Assembly (NCBI GenBank): GCA_009602735.1
Contig: WELA01001056.1
Span: 134,843-198,842 of the forward strand
Source of the DNA: Mesotaenium endlicherianum
Lineage: Eukaryota
DNA length: 64,000 nucleotides
Direction of reading: 5' to 3'
This document shows, in pieces, positions 36,476-51,181 of this stretch. The stretch's first letter is position 1, and each line of letters begins with the position of its first letter. The notes under the pieces were generated by a model. That model had not been told where the DNA came from. It saw nothing but the letters and a program-made list of their open reading frames with translations, and searched no databases. The translations under genes were made by a program, and so were the position numbers.

Positions 36476-39400
36476 ATGGAAGCCATTAGGCCAAACCCTA
36501 TGTATGAGGCTGGTAGCCTGCGCGACAGCGAAAGGCCTTGGAGATTAGACAAGAGACGTTTCGAGGCAGCTCGCATCGAACCAGGAGAACACAACCATGG
36601 TTGTCTAAGAAGGAGTAAGTCTTTCAGTGTTGAACTGACAAAAGGCTGGTTACTACTTCAAGTAGGCTTGGGTGTCAAGGGCGACAGTGTCCGAGCCAGG
36701 AGAGCACGAGTGTTGTTCGAATGCTGTAAAATAGAGATAAGTTGTAAGTGATTAAAAACGATTATTGGGACGCGCTGTCATGCACGGGTGCAGATTAGGG
36801 GTTGTCATGGCCCAGTGACATAAAAAGATTGAGACACGAGGCTTTGCCTACATTGCTACATTGCATGAAATAGGCCTGACGCAGTGAAAAAAAATAGCTA
36901 TTTTGATAGCAATCTTGGTTACAAGTTACGGTGCATGCTGGTAGTGATGCCGTAGTGTCGGCCGTCATTCTGTCAGATGGTGATTCTTATGCTGCTTGTA
37001 AAACGAGTAGCCCACATGCATCCCTTTCTCAATTCTCTTGCTGGGTGGTCGCCATGTGCTCTTTCGGTGACAGTGACATGTCAAGAGGAGCAGAATGCAG
37101 TTGATGGCTACTACAGGCGGCAGAACGAGATGATTGACGGCTTCAGCGAGATGGATGCCCTGGAGGAGCATCTTCTGCCGACTGATGCAGTATGCGACTT
37201 CGATTCTATTCCATCCCGCCCCTCCAGCCTCTCTCTCAAGCCATCCAGCCCAGCTGGCGTGTGTGAAGGGCGCAGGGGAGCATCCTTGTTGTGCCTGTTG
37301 CTCATTAAGGAAGAAAGAGCTTCTGCATTGATGCTGCAGATCGTGGTGACACGCCAGCTTTTGGCGAGTCCTCTGCCTTGAACAAACCCTGCTTATGCCT
37401 GTGCGGATAGTTAAGCTGCTTCGGGCCTGACACGCAAGCTCATGCAAAAAGACCTGGCAGGTAGAGCCAGTACAGAAGCCTTGCAAGTGACGCACGAGAG
37501 ATATGAAGGGCCACTTAGGGCTGCTTTGGCCGTGGGTGTGAGGAGCACACCAGAGTGGTATCTTGGTCTGCTGCACCAGCCGTCGCTGAAGGGGGAAGCA
37601 CGTCCAGAGATTCTGCACCAGCTTCCAGGCATCTGTACCATTGACCCATGCCAATCGTAGGTCAACCCATCTGGGGGTTTAGTCATCTTGTGCACGGACC
37701 ACTCCGCCGCAGACTCAGTCTTTTCACTCTCATTCTTGACATCCTGCGGCCTCGCCTTGTGCCGTCGCACCCTCCCCACTGGGCACAATCGCCCTGGCAC
37801 TCGCCCTGGCCCTGGCTGCCTCTGCCCAACCTAGATTTGACTACCACCAACGTGGCCATTCGCCCTCTCCCTCCCCCTTCCCCTTCTTCTCTGCCCCCCA
37901 TTTCGCTCCCCATCTGCCGCTCCTTCTCTCTGCCTCCCCTTCTCCCTGAGTTACGCGCCCCCTGACCCCCATCTCGCTGGGCGTGGCGGCAGGAAAACGC
38001 GCTGGCGCAGAAGCTGGCGCGCTCAGAGTGGTTTGCGATCCAGGTGTCCAACATCGCCAACGTGGTGCTGCTGGCGGCCAAGGTGTTCTGCTCCATCCAG
38101 AGCCAGAGCCTGGCCATCATCGCGTCCGCGCTCGACTCCCTGCTGGACCTGCTCTCTGGCTTCATCCTCTGGTTCACCGCGCGCTCCATGCGCATCGACA
38201 ACCCGTACAAGTACCCCATCGGGAAAAAGCGCATGCAGCCCCTGGTGAGGGGGCTCCCCCGTTCTTCCCTTTTGAAGAGAGAAACACAGTCGTCGGATCA
38301 TTGTCGTCGGCTTTCTTCCATGCCCTTGCGATGCCCCAACTCGACTGCGTGTCATGTCGCGTACGCGCAACGTACGCCCTTCAGGCCTCCTGCACGTTGC
38401 TCACTGCCAGCAATGGTTGGTAGTGCAAGCTTCAGAAACCTGGGTAGTTGGCAGCTGCCAGCCAAATTAGGGCTGCCGGTTAGGGCCGGTGCAAGCAGAC
38501 ACCTGCCAGTAGTCAGTGCCATGTCTGCTGGACCACTGCCTGCCGACCAAAGGTGATCCGAAGCACACAAGCATACTCAGAGTGCGTCTCTCCCTCGTTC
38601 TCTGTTTGTGTTTGTGAGCGTTGCAGGGCATCATTGTGTTTGCGTCCATCATGGCCATGCTGGGGCTGCAAGTGCTGGTGGAAGGCATCAAGCAGCTTGT
38701 GCAGGTCAGATTCCCCACCTCTATCGCCTCCTGAGCATGCCTGCCCCCTCTATCCTTCCCTGCCCTTCATCAGCCCTGCCAGTAAGAGTGCAGGACGCCA
38801 GAAGCTCCAGGCTTATTCCACTAAGATTGGCAGTGCCGGATCAATCCATCTATGATGCTCCAGTGGGATAGACCAAGCAGGCAAGGAGGCAAGAGCCCTC
38901 TCGTGTTACGTTTAGGACTCATGCACGACGCGCCGAGCACGATACTGGCCTGTTGCCGCCGCAGGAGACCTCTCACTTCCGTCAACTTCTTCAAAGCTCT
39001 GGGTGGTGGGTCAGGGTCCTGCACAGGTTTTATGCCAATTCAATGATCCTCTCCTTCCCGCCCTCCTTCCCTATGCCCGTGCTCTGTGAGGAGGGTTAGA
39101 GCTGAGCACGTGCTCATAGCAGGAAGGTTCCGCGTATTTCATTTTCAGGGCTGGGCTTCCCATCCCCCTACTTCCTTCGCCACCTTAAACTTCTGTTGCC
39201 CATCTCTCCAGAGCCTATTCTGCGTTGCTTAATCTTTGCAAATGGCAGCTCAGGTCCACCTGCAAGTCTGTGGACTACTTATCCGACAAACATCTCCCCC
39301 TCCTCCCGGCAACTCGGCGGACACTCTGCCCTCCTCTTTCACTATGAGAGATTCTTGTTCAGCAGTAAGTGCACTCTCTCGCTAGGACATTCCTCATGGG

Positions 39401-42400
39401 ACAATGGCCGGTGTATAAAAGCCGTGCAGTCTTTGGAGTTTCGTGTGATTGAGAGATTGTATGTTATGCGTGGAGGGCGGGGGGGTTTGGGGGGGGGGGG
39501 AGCAGGGCCACTCGGGGGATGTGCTGGGCGACAAGTGGCCGTGGGCCGTGGGCATCATGCTGGGCGCCACCTTCTCGAAGCTGGCGCTTTTCCTGTACTG
39601 CAACTCGTTCCAGAACGAGATCGTCAAGGCGTACGCCAAGGACCACTTCTTCGACGTCATCACCAACATCATCGGCCTGGCAGCGGCGCTGCTGGCTGAC
39701 GCCTTAGTGTGGTGGATCGATCCAGCTGGCGCCATTTTGGTGCGTGTCTGCGCGCCTGTGCATATGTCCGGGCATATGTTTCTCTTTTCTTTGACGTGAC
39801 CTTGCCCTCCGTGAGATGCACGGGATTAGAAAAGGGAGGATTCGAGGAGGAAGAGGGAGGGGGCGGGGGACCTTGGTTTGAGCACTGTTATATGGAGCAG
39901 TGCGAGAGTTTTCAAGGGACTCTAGACTGGAGCTGTCTTGAATACTGAGTCGTTGTCCCTCTGGGGGGGGAAGGAACTTGTGTACTCACTCGCAGGATAC
40001 CTCTCCGACCACTGATTGCCCTGTGTTTTGTCGTGGGCTAGCATCTCAGGGTGCTCTTGAAGAAGTAGCAGCAGTGCCGCCGACGGTTGTTTGCTGGGCA
40101 CGCCGGTGCTGCACAATCACAGTGGGCATTCAATTCCGTCGCTCTTGAAGCTGCCGTCATTCTTGCCGCCGTTGCTGTTGTCCAGCTGGGGGGCTAACTG
40201 GGAGACCAGGTGTTCTCGTTGCTCTTACCCGTGGGCGTCGTTGCCTTCTTCGCCACTGCTGCGGGGGTGCAGCCGGCGCTGTACTGTGCCCGCTCATCTG
40301 TTAATCTTGTTTCTGTCGTCGGTGCGACGTTGCTGTTGTGGTTGGCGTGTCGTAGGTTGTCCGCAAGAACGGGGAGGAGGGGGAAGAGGACACCTGGCGC
40401 TTCTCGTTGACCTAGCATCTTTTTGCGCCCTCATCGTGGTAGTCGTTCTGAATCTTGCGGCTGTAGTTGGGGGACCGGGGGGNNNNNNNNNNNNNNNNNN
40501 NNNNNNNNNNNNNNNNNNNNNNNNNNNNNNNNNNNNNNNNNNNNNNNNNNNNNNNNNNNNNNNNNNNNNNNNNNNNNNNNNNNNNNNNNNNNNNNNNNNN
40601 NNNNNNNNNNNNNNNNNNNNNNNNNNNNNNNNNNNNNNNNNNNNNNNNNNNNNNNNNNNNNNNNNNNNNNNNNNNNNNNNNNNNNNNNNNNNNNNNNNNN
40701 NNNNNNNNNNNNNNNNNNNNNNNNNNNNNNNNNNNNNNNNNNNNNNNNNNNNNNNNNNNNNNNNNNNNNNNNNNNNNNNNNNNNNNNNNNNNNNNNNNNN
40801 NNNNNNNNNNNNNNNNNNNNNNNNNNNNNNNNNNNNNNNNNNNNNNNNNNNNNNNNNNNNNNNNNNNNNNNNNNNNNNNNNNNNNNNNNNNNNNNNNNNN
40901 NNNNNNNNNNNNNNNNNNNNNNNNNNNNNNNNNNNNNNNNNNNNNNNNNNNNNNNNNNNNNNNNNNNNNNNNNNNNNNNNNNNNNNNNNNNNNNNNNNNN
41001 NNNNNNNNNNNNNNNNNNNNNNNNNNNNNNNNNNNNNNNNNNNNNNNNNNNNNNNNNNNNNNNNNNNNNNNNNNNNNNNNNNNNNNNNNNNNNNNNNNNN
41101 NNNNNNNNNNNNNNNNNNNNNNNNNNNNNNNNNNNNNNNNNNNNNNNNNNNNNNNNNNNNNNNNNNNNNNNNNNNNNNNNNNNNNNNNNNNNNNNNNNNN
41201 NNNNNNNNNNNNNNNNNNNNNNNNNNNNNNNNNNNNNNNNNNNNNNNNNNNNNNNNNNNNNNNNNNNNNNNNNNNNNNNNGGGCGGGGGGGGCGGGGGCG
41301 GGGGTGCTGTATGCAATACCCTATTGACCTTGTTGCTCCCCCGTCGTTGGCGTGGTTGTTCCGGATGTCATGGGTGTCATGGGTGCTGTTGGTGGGGGGA
41401 AGTACAGCTGGCGCTGTACACCATGACCAACTGGGGCTCCACGGTGCTCGAGAACGTCAACTCCCTCACGGGCGAGACCGCTCCACCCGACTTCCTGCAG
41501 AAGCTGACATACCTGTGCTGGAACCACCACGAGGCCGTGATCCAGATCGACACCGTGCGCGCATACACGTTCGGCTCCCACTACTTCTGCGAGGTGGACA
41601 TCGTGCTGCCAGCTGGCATGCCCCTCCAGGTGGGTTGCCGCTAGTGCCGCCGCCTGTCATTGTCGTTGCTGTAGTTGCAACTGTAGCTCTAGCCTCCCCC
41701 GCCATCCCCCCCTGTGCTCTGCTTTCTTGGGTATCGGGCTGCCTCCTGCCAGCCGGTGCTAGGCAGGCGATGGGAGGGAGCAGAGTTGGGTTTTCGAGAG
41801 AAAGAACAAAGCTGTGTTCGGAAACCACCTACCCCGCTGGAGGATTACATTTATTATCATTTTTTTTGTGTTTTCGTGTTTCTGGCTATACCCGGAATGT
41901 CACACCTTGTAAGGATTGTCAGTCCCACTTTTCCAGCCCCGAAGTTGTGATGATCAAACTCGAAGACTGGCATTCACTACGTTATAATTGAACAATATTG
42001 AGGCCGCCCTTGGCTGCATGAATGTCAGTTAGAGTAAGGTTCTGCTTGTTTTTATGCTCTTCCGCCGGATCCTTGTGGGCCTATTTTTCCAAATTTGGGG
42101 CCATGTTTGCAGCATTTGCTTGTCAGCTTTCTCTGCGGGAGGATGAGGAAGGGGACCCAGTTCCGCTGAGATTGCTTCGTCATAAGACGATGAACAACCA
42201 CTGTGAGAAGTAACCACGCAATTTTTTGGGTCAAGTCTTCACCACCGTTGATACACTGCAGGCACGGCGAAGTCCGTTTTGCAATTATTTCTGGAAACTT
42301 GATACCATCTGTGGTGCTCTCTGTCTCTTCTGGCAGAATGCGCACGACATAGGCGAGGCTCTGCAGAACAAGCTGGAGCGGCTGCCTGAGATTGAGCGCG

Positions 42401-42558
42401 CCTTCGTCCATCTGGACTACGAAGTGTCCCATAGGCCAGAGCATCACGGTTTCTCCACGTTCAGAATGACCGAGACCACGCCAGCTGGCCAGGTGGCCAG
42501 CACGTCTCCGCCCAGTGGCTTGGTAGCAGACTCGCCTGCTCCTGGTGCGGAGCTATGA
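36476..42558 (+). CDS. Metal tolerance protein, Mn-CDF clade (MTP9/10/11-like); 7 exons (approx. 36476-36614, 37074-37189, 37993-38244, 38627-38704, 39506-39739, 41408-41629, 42337-42558)
   Basis: [76 protein letters not shown]. The DxxxD metal sites are typical of Mn-CDFs. Confidence 0.93.
40483..41280. other. Assembly gap (N-run) inside an MTP intron
   Basis: Run of N flanked by G-rich sequence. Confidence 0.99.
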
Positions 42559-44308
42559 TTATTTCTGCTGCTTTGGAACAGTATATCAAGGAAGGGGCCG
42601 TTGTTTTTATCTGACTTGCTAAGTACATGCTGCGCAGGATGTTATATATTAGACTCTGAGGTACTGGTCCCAAGATATTTGCTATCCACGTAGGATGTTA
42701 AGTGTGCTCATAAGGTACAAGCCATTGAGAAGGGCGTCAGCTCAGGCAGTAGGTTGTTGGAGAATTGGTAGCCTGCCTGGCCCTGCCACTTGAGGTTTTT
42801 AGGCACTCTTACTGCTGAATGCAAGTAGCAGGTAGTAAGGAATTGGTAGAGAAGACGAGTCTGTTAAAAGAGAGATAGCATGTGCTGGAGTTCTGACCAT
42901 GAAAGGCATTAGCACACCTCTAACGTAAGTTTGAGCTTTTGTTGACAGCCACCTTGTGTGTAAAATAGAACTGTTGACTTATAGGTCGCGGCGAGTGGCT
43001 CTACCATTTCTATTTGTGCTTTGGTGGAGCATGTATTGTGGCTGTACAAGGTTCGCTTTTATTATTATTGAACAGCCAGCCCTTTACATCTTCTAAATGA
43101 TCACCAATAGCTCTCCATATTGTGCTTAACAAACTCAGGTTCATCAGCAACAAAAAATTGTGAGACATGAATCTTGGAGAAGTATGCCACTCGACATCCT
43201 TGTCATAACATGTGGTCTCAACTGATTGCCAGCGAAAGCAATTTGGATTGCCACTTTTTAGTTTGGCATTTGTTGAAGCAGGTTGTCCGAGTCTTGGTCA
43301 GTTCTGGTTGGCTTATGAAGCTTTGTTGCTTATCCGCTTTATTATCACTTGGTTTTAGCTTGTTAGCCAGAATAACAGGAAGATACATGCCAGAAAATGA
43401 TTGTGTACAGACATCCATGTGAGCATGTTACATATCACAGCTCTTGGGTCCTTCTGCTAGTCGTTCCTGTTTCTGCCTGAGTCTGGCGTGGTACACTTGA
43501 CATTTGTCACAGATGACGAGCTACAGAAAGAAAATCTCTTGACAGACACATAACGGACGCCTAGCTTGACACCTCCTTCCGTGAACGATGGCAAATTCTT
43601 AGTGAAGGAGGAAGACGTATGGATGCATGCAGTCGAATCAGGAATGACTCGATGTTTGTGGCGTGGACTTCGCCGTCGTTTACTCTTACTATTTCCTAAA
43701 CTCTTCTAGACGCACTTGAAATTGCTATATCCTGAAAATCTTGATAATATCCAATTTGCAAGTTAAGTTTGCATAATTTGACTTCAAAAGCTCGCCCATT
43801 CTGAATGTAATCTGATCAACTAGAGCGCCTTCGGCAGCTTCGAGGGTGTACAAGATTCTTTTTCTGAAAGAGATTCGCAGCTCTAGATCACGCCTTGATC
43901 TGAACTGTACAGAATATGTACAGTCTTCGAGGAAGTGCAGAGTGGATGTCAAGTTTCTGAACGCTGTAACGACAGCTTTAGTCGACGACAGCTTGTTTCT
44001 GGCTTACTTGTCTGCAAGATGCTAACACAAAGAGAGGATATCGATGGCTCTCGCGGAAGGTTGCCTCAAGTGGCACTCGATATTCAGAAGGCCGTCAAGT
44101 TACTTGGGCTAGTTTTGCTTACAACATGTCTGGTCTCAGATTCTTGCCTTGCGAAGGTGATGTTCACTAGTCTTTTTGATAAGAAGTGATGCATGTTTAA
44201 GCTTGGCCTCTGATTGCCAGAACAAATTTTTGACAAGCTCATTCTAGCCTATGGAACAGCTTGCAGCACATCATAGCTCTGGTTATCCTCGTGGAGATTC
44301 TGTATGTG

Positions 44309-47300
44309 ATGAGAGATGTACTTCACATGACACTTGTGCTCTTACCTGTGTTCATCCGCAATTCGGTGTCTGACGTGCACAATGCAAAACAGGCGGAGCC
44401 TGTGGCAGAAGGTAAGTTATCATTCTACAAGCCAAAACAGACGTGCACCGCAGATACTACAGACTAGAACAGCTTATGATTGGAAAGTCTATGCTGAGCG
44501 GTAGGATTATGATGTGTATATATCAAGCTGTTCTGAGATACTAACTAATTCAAATTGCTTCACGACATTCAGATTTTGTGACTGTACGAGATGAAAAGTT
44601 CTACGAAGGATGTAAGCGATTTTTATTTGCTGGCTGGAATTCTTGGGACCTCATGCAGGTAACTAGGTCTTTCATTCTTGCTTCGCATTGATGTAATTGC
44701 TGTTGCACAATATATATGCATAACTCTGGTCTATCCTTTGAGCAGCATGAACCTTGTAACTACCTTACACAGAATCAGTGTGTGCTTCTTTGCAGAATGC
44801 AAGCAAGCCAGAAACTTTACCAACGGTACACATCGATTCTCTAACGGCTACTTTTACTCATTCCTGACATTGAAAGAGAGGAGCTGCTTCAGGCGCAATG
44901 AAGAAGGTTTGGTTAAGACAATGTTGTTTGAACCTACCTTTGCCCTGCTCCTCATTGTCAAATTGTTGTCTTCCGACACCAGGTTAACAAGACCCTCGAC
45001 ACAATGCGAGCTTTGAACTTCACCGTAGTTCGCACCTGGGCCTTCTCTATTATGTGAGTGGAATCTGGACTTTTGTTGTTTTCCTACTTTGCCAGAATCT
45101 GATTGCTTGTAAGCACTGCTGGAGGCAGCCTGCTGACAGGACATGGTATTTACCCTCTATGCTTCTGTTCCATCTGACATGTTAACAAGCTGATTGTAGT
45201 GAAATATGAACGTTGTTACCAGGCCATCACACGCTCTTCAACCCAAGCCCGGCCAACACAACGAGACTCTATTCAGAGGTCAGTATAATATTTACTACAT
45301 TGTTCCACGCTATGGCCAACCTGGGACAACATGGGACGCTGACTATACCTTGCTGCTTTTGAATGTTTGAGCAGCTCTTGACTATGTGCTGGTGCAAGCC
45401 AAAAACAGAGGAATCAAAGTTATATTGCCATTCATTAATTACTGGGCTGTTCCAGATGGTGTCGCTTCGGTGAGGAATATCATCAGCTGTGTGGATGTAC
45501 TTCTATAGCTGCTTGAAAGTGATCACTGGAACTGCAGCATAAGAATTTTCTCTGTGTGCATGAGATGCCTGAGAATTTTCTTCTTGCATACACATTGTCT
45601 TGGAGGAATGCTGATGGAAGGACCATTCAGTACTCCAAATCCCATCCAAAACACGTTAGCACATGTTGTGATGTCGAAGCTGTATACATAAGTGTGGGAA
45701 AGTGCCCTTTCATGCAGTTCCTATTGAGTAATGCTTGTGCAAGTGCAGTTTGTCAAGTGGGCCAATGCAGGAGATTTGGATAACTTCTTCTCCAATCCAG
45801 GTTGCCAGCAGCTCTACAAAAACCACGTCTATGTAAGACCTTGGCCTAGTCTCACATTGACATATAATTTGAGGCAGAGGCCTCTCCTTTTTCTTGGAAA
45901 TTTAGCATCTGAAACATGGAAGCAAGTAGTCATGGTTATAGAACAGTTGACTGACGAACGCCACTTTGAGCTCATCTTTGCTGGCTGGCTTGCAGAACTT
46001 CGTCAATCGGATCAACGTGTTCACTAATGTCAAGTACAAAAATGACCCCACAATATTTGCTTGGAATTTGCTGAACGAACCAAGGTGAAATTTTACTCTT
46101 CTACGCACATGATGTACTCTAGAAGCTGTGCCGATAGGTTTGACGCGTTTGAGGAAGAGTTTGGACGCTGTAATCTAGAACTTCTCGGTTGTCACTTTCC
46201 AGATGCATGAACTCAACCAGCTGCGCAACTGAAGTACAGAACTGGATTGAAATAATGGCTCCGTTTGTGAAGGTGCCTTCCATCCTCTTCACCTGTTGCA
46301 CCAGTCTCAAGTCTTTTAGCCACTTAGTTCATATCAGGAGGAACTGCACATAATGTCTTGCACTGTGTTATGTGGGCAGAGTGTAGACCAAAATCATTTG
46401 GTTACAACAGGATTTGAAGGCTTTTACAGCTTGAGTACAGAGCGCACAAGATTCAATCCAGCAGGTGCAAAGAAATCTGAGCATGGCAAACATTGATGAT
46501 ATATGAGCTTTGTAATGAGCAGTATTTAGTTCTTAATTGTTCTTCCTTTGGCTGTGAGCAGTAGAGCATCCTTGACTCAAGTTCTTCTAAATTCGGTATG
46601 TTGAATGCAGCTGCATACAACAATTGGGGTGAAAAGACGGGGCAAGACTTCATCCGAAATCATCAGCCAGCTGCAATTGATTTTGCAGTTGCACATCTAT
46701 GGTACCATTCTCGCCCCTGTATGCGGTGCTCGAAAGTTGATACCTACGTTGCCCTCGGGAACACATCACATGCTGAAAGTGTTTGACTCTTTGCCAATGT
46801 GGTTGCTGGACGTGGAAATCGGACAGGACTGACAACTGGTTACAAACTTCATGGCCCGAGAAATTTGATTTCGTGAGCCAGTGGATAGATATTCATAACT
46901 CTGATGCCAAGGTACTTGCCGCATTTCTACTCCTTCTACGAGATGATACTTCTTGAAGTCTATTTTCATTGAGCATCCTACCATGTGTTTGACTGGTCTG
47001 TAACAAGTACTGTCAGTGGCAATGTTTCTGCAAGCATAATTCTGCATATTGCATGCACTTACACGGGGGGCTTTTTTTCCTGAACTTTGCCTCGTCTGCT
47101 CAACTCTCTCTTGACCACCAAGGTTGGAACTCTCTGCAGGACATTCTTAAGAAGCCACTCGTGTGGGAGGAGTTCGGGAAGTCTGTGAACGAGAACGATA
47201 GCATTGCCGTCAAGGATAGGTATCGAATCCTCCTTACTTTCTGGTACATGGTTTCATGTGTCTTTCCCCGGAGGCGTCTTTAATATTCTTGTGCAACTAA

Positions 47301-48083
47301 ATGAATTTTTGTTTTGTGCACATTGGATGTTGCAGGTTTATCTCAACAATGTACGATAAATTTTATCAATGTATAGAGGCCGGGGGTGCTGTTCAAGGCA
47401 CCAACTTCTGGGTCTTCAATAGTCCAGGTAATTTTGTCCAATAATCAATTAGGGGAACCTCATGGGTGCGTAGAAAGAAGTGGTGTTGTGTCTTCACCAT
47501 ACTGCTTGCATGTGGGTTTCTGCATTATTGTGAACATGTTGATATTGTCTGTATTGCACCAGTATGCAGGGCACTCTACCGTAACAATTTGCCTGGAAAT
47601 ACTGCTCCATAATCCTTCTGTCCTTTTTCTTACTGTGCAGGCGGTGACTTCAACTACACCGTGAAAGCTACCGATTCGACAATGGCAATCATAACCAATT
47701 TTTCAGCTGCACTATCAGTTTACAAAGAAAGGTACATCAGCTCAGACAAGCTTCAATAGTTTTTTAGGTGTGGGCTTACAAACATGATCTCCAGGGGTTG
47801 CCACAAAAATCCATGTCAGACTTGCTGTGGCAAGATAAGATTGCGACTTGTATGTTTGTAAGACACCTATTAAATTGCAAAGTGGGTCATAGATTTTTTC
47901 TCATTGACTTGTCTTTGCAGCCATGATACTGAATGTGGCATTCCTGGCGAGTCGACACTCAATTTTGAGACTCCACCTAAAGGCTCATCACAGAGCCCCC
48001 AGAATGATCCAGAGAAGCCTCCACATAGACCCAAGAGGGCTACAGTTAGAAATTGGCATGTTCGCTTTCCATACCATTTTTGA
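44309..48083 (+). CDS. GH5 endo-1,4-beta-mannanase, many small exons (start uncertain)
   Basis: Exon peptides FLFAGWNSW, TVVRTWAF, ALDYVLVQAKNRGIKVILPFINYW, YKNDPTIFAWNLLNEPR (acid/base), GQDFIRNH..IDFAVAHLW, KKPLVWEEFGK (nucleophile), GTNFW; stop TGA at 48081-48083. Confidence 0.88.
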
Positions 48084-48571
48084 GTGTGTTACCCATCCGG
48101 AAGTTAGACAAGATCTGTATACAATATCACGATTATGAATGCCGCAATGCCGTTTGCATGTTAAATTCCAAAAAGCTGAGGGTAAGTTAGAAGTTAAGAT
48201 ATCTGCAGGCTGATAATTTCCAATCTGTGACACGTCAAAGAGAACCTATTTCAAAAACCAGCCCAGTAGTGTAAAACTGCAATATATGAAATTATTCTTG
48301 GATTCCAATCACTACATTACTGCACTAGCCCATCTACCAACCACAGTCTGCTCTACATGGCATAAAGTCTATGCTTCGCAATCGTATACCACTACAGGCA
48401 ACTCTCTCTAAGACCTGCAATGCCAAGCCTGTCATATCTGTACTTGTGTATCCATCAGCAGTTTATTCTGTCCTAAATATATATACAATAGCAGGAATGT
48501 CTGTGACTGCCATGTTCCACACTTTCACAGCCGCGCAACAGCCTCGCAAAAGTCTTTACCTCTTCCATATC

Positions 48572-49950
48572 TTATTGCAAGCGGTAAAGTTTAGAAAGTG
48601 CCTCTAGCTTGTTCAAATATTTTATAGTATTCTCCAACACATCCTCCACCTCAGCCTCCTGCATCACAAGAATGTACATATACGACCATCATGATAAAAA
48701 AAATATAAAATTTTCTTGTGAAGGGAGAACAAAAGAGGAACATTAACTTCGAGTCTAAATTTTCCCACCGAAAACTGAAATGATTTGCACAAGGTAAAGG
48801 TCAGTCTCTAGAACACAACATGTCCATACTAATGAGAGCTAGAAGTCTTCTTTCCAACTTGCTAGTCTCAAATCTGCGAGTGCATATATATTGTACTGGT
48901 GAGAGTCTGATTAAAACACATGCGGAGCCATGAAGGGACATCATCCACTTACATCATTGCAATTTGGGACAGCAGACTTTAGGCGCTTCAAACTCCTCCA
49001 CAAGTGATGTTCTTGGCTTGTACTCAAGAGTTGTCGTGTAGTATGTTGCGCTTGTGTCTTTGAATCCGCTAAATTTAGGCCCCTATTCTTCGCTTCAGGA
49101 GGCCCCAGCAACGACGGAAGCGACACTGAAACGTTTGTGTCCCTACAACTTTCAGTTGCAACCATATCCTTGAGTTCACCCCAACCTCGAATAGCTACCT
49201 CAGGTAGGACCCGGCCACTATCAGAGTTATTTCCTGTTTCATCAGATACTTCCAAAGATTCACCTCCTCTCACATTGATCAGTATGGAGGCCAGTTTTCT
49301 CTTCTTTGTCGTCCAGTGTGTCCCTCTTGATGCACGGCTTTCACTAAAATCGGGAATGGGGGTTGACTCCTCGAGTAGAGGACCTGAGACCAGAGACCAG
49401 ACAAAACAGGGTTACTCAAATTGTACTTGTTGACCCTGTCAGACAAGGAGTCCTCGATTTGGAGGTGAACAGCAAGAATGTGGTTGCATTACGCCTGTAT
49501 GCTCCAAAAGTAGATGCATAAAATGACAATTGAACTTTTTTCCAGATCAGCCACCACAACAAATAAGAGCATACATTCACTGCAACATTCATCATATCTG
49601 TAAGGGGCTGGTGAACCCATGAAATGACGAAATACTATAGTGTGCCAGCTATACACACACAGAACTGAAACAATTCCTTACGAAACACTGGATATTGATA
49701 AGAACATGCATATTTAAGTCTTAGCAGCTTCGGTGTATGCACCTGCGCTAGATGAATCATAGCGATCATCGGTTGAACAAGCGTCCTTCAAATGAGTGCC
49801 CCAGGCGATAGTCATGAGTTCACAGAAAGGCTGCTGTCTTTTGGACAAGCTTTGGGCTCTCCTCTTACCTTCGCCAAATTGTTCAAAAATTAGACGTGGG
49901 CTGAGGAACACATTTACTCTCTCTTCCACTTCCAAGCAATCCTGCCCTAC
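48572..49950 (-). CDS. Atypical bHLH protein, possibly SAC51/SACL-like; exons ~49950-49743, 49383-48953, 48658-48572
   Basis: In-phase splice gives C-terminal LWRSLKRLKSAVPNCND-EAEVEDVLENTIKYLNKLEAL (HLH without a basic region), a KKRK NLS-like motif and upstream RLIFEQFG. Start codon unresolved. Confidence 0.65.
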
Positions 49951-51181
49951 GACAGCAATTAGCTACAGTAAAAGCAATATGGCACGAAGCTGCCAAAGGG
50001 ATCTAGGTGCGTAGCAACAAACTGCTTGCGCTGCCTTGTGCAATACTTCGCCACTCAAATACCTTGTCGTACACCGTGGTCACGACTCACAAGTCTCGTC
50101 TAGCTGAACCGCATCAGTCTATGTCCTCGTACCTATAAGTTTTTACTTCCTGAAGCATACGAGGCCTCTATTGGGTGAGAATAGTAGAGCGACAAGCATT
50201 AATAGCGAGCATATACGTGCTCGCCTTGTTAAGTTCCAGAGGCAAGCCCACGTTCTCGCATGTGATGTGGCCACGCTATAACAGAAGCTACTTGTACCTT
50301 GTTTGCAGCAAGTGGCACTAAAGCAGCACGTTTACGCCGAATATGCAGAGAGCAAGCGGCGAAAACGCTCGTGCAAATTTGGAGCTATTCAAGATATGGT
50401 CATTGCTTTTTGAATCACTCGAGATTGGTAAGGGCGACGATCAAATGAGGCGTCCGTTACCAGTCGTCCACTGAAGATTCGTTTATAAGCCTTCGTTATG
50501 GATTTTTATGGGTCGTCGCGCTCAGTGGAGAACGTGAACTCCTACAGCACACATCCGACAAACTTGTCAACATGTTGGTCAAGCATTGGCAAAGACCGAG
50601 ACAGACAGGTACAGACAAGCGCGCTGCACCAATATAGAGCCGAACCAGAGCAATCCAGATTCCTCGGATGCACAAATCGGGTCCTATCAGCACCATCGTT
50701 AGGCGGCCCAGGCGGGGTTCTTGACTTATGCGTGCCCGGGTTTGCAGACGCTATATGCTCATCACTATCAAGTGGCGGTGAACAAAGAATATTAGGCTCA
50801 AAATGTCCAATTCAATCGATTGGGGGAAACAGCTTGAGAATTTATTATAAGGTTTATCAGTACTCAGGAAGTACATATATTGCAAATTAAAGGGACTGCT
50901 GGTGACCCACTCGGGAGGCCGAGTCCACTCGGGAGACGGGACAAAGCCAGAACCGTTGGAAGCCGATCAACAGCAATCGACTGCACTTTCAACATTCTCA
51001 AGCAACTAGCGCCACAAAAATACGCATCGCGATTCGCGACCAGAAACATCATAGATACGATTTGAGACATCTGCATGATATGTGCTTCTCATGATGACGT
51101 GACGGGCAACCTCCAAAATCCAGCAAATCAGCATGTCCAATCTGAGACGGATCGGACTCGACCAGACTGGGTCACTGGACC

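Noticed and set aside
40091..41991. Long ORFs spanning the second N-run
   Set aside because: Artefacts; only the MTP exon 41408-41629 is credible.
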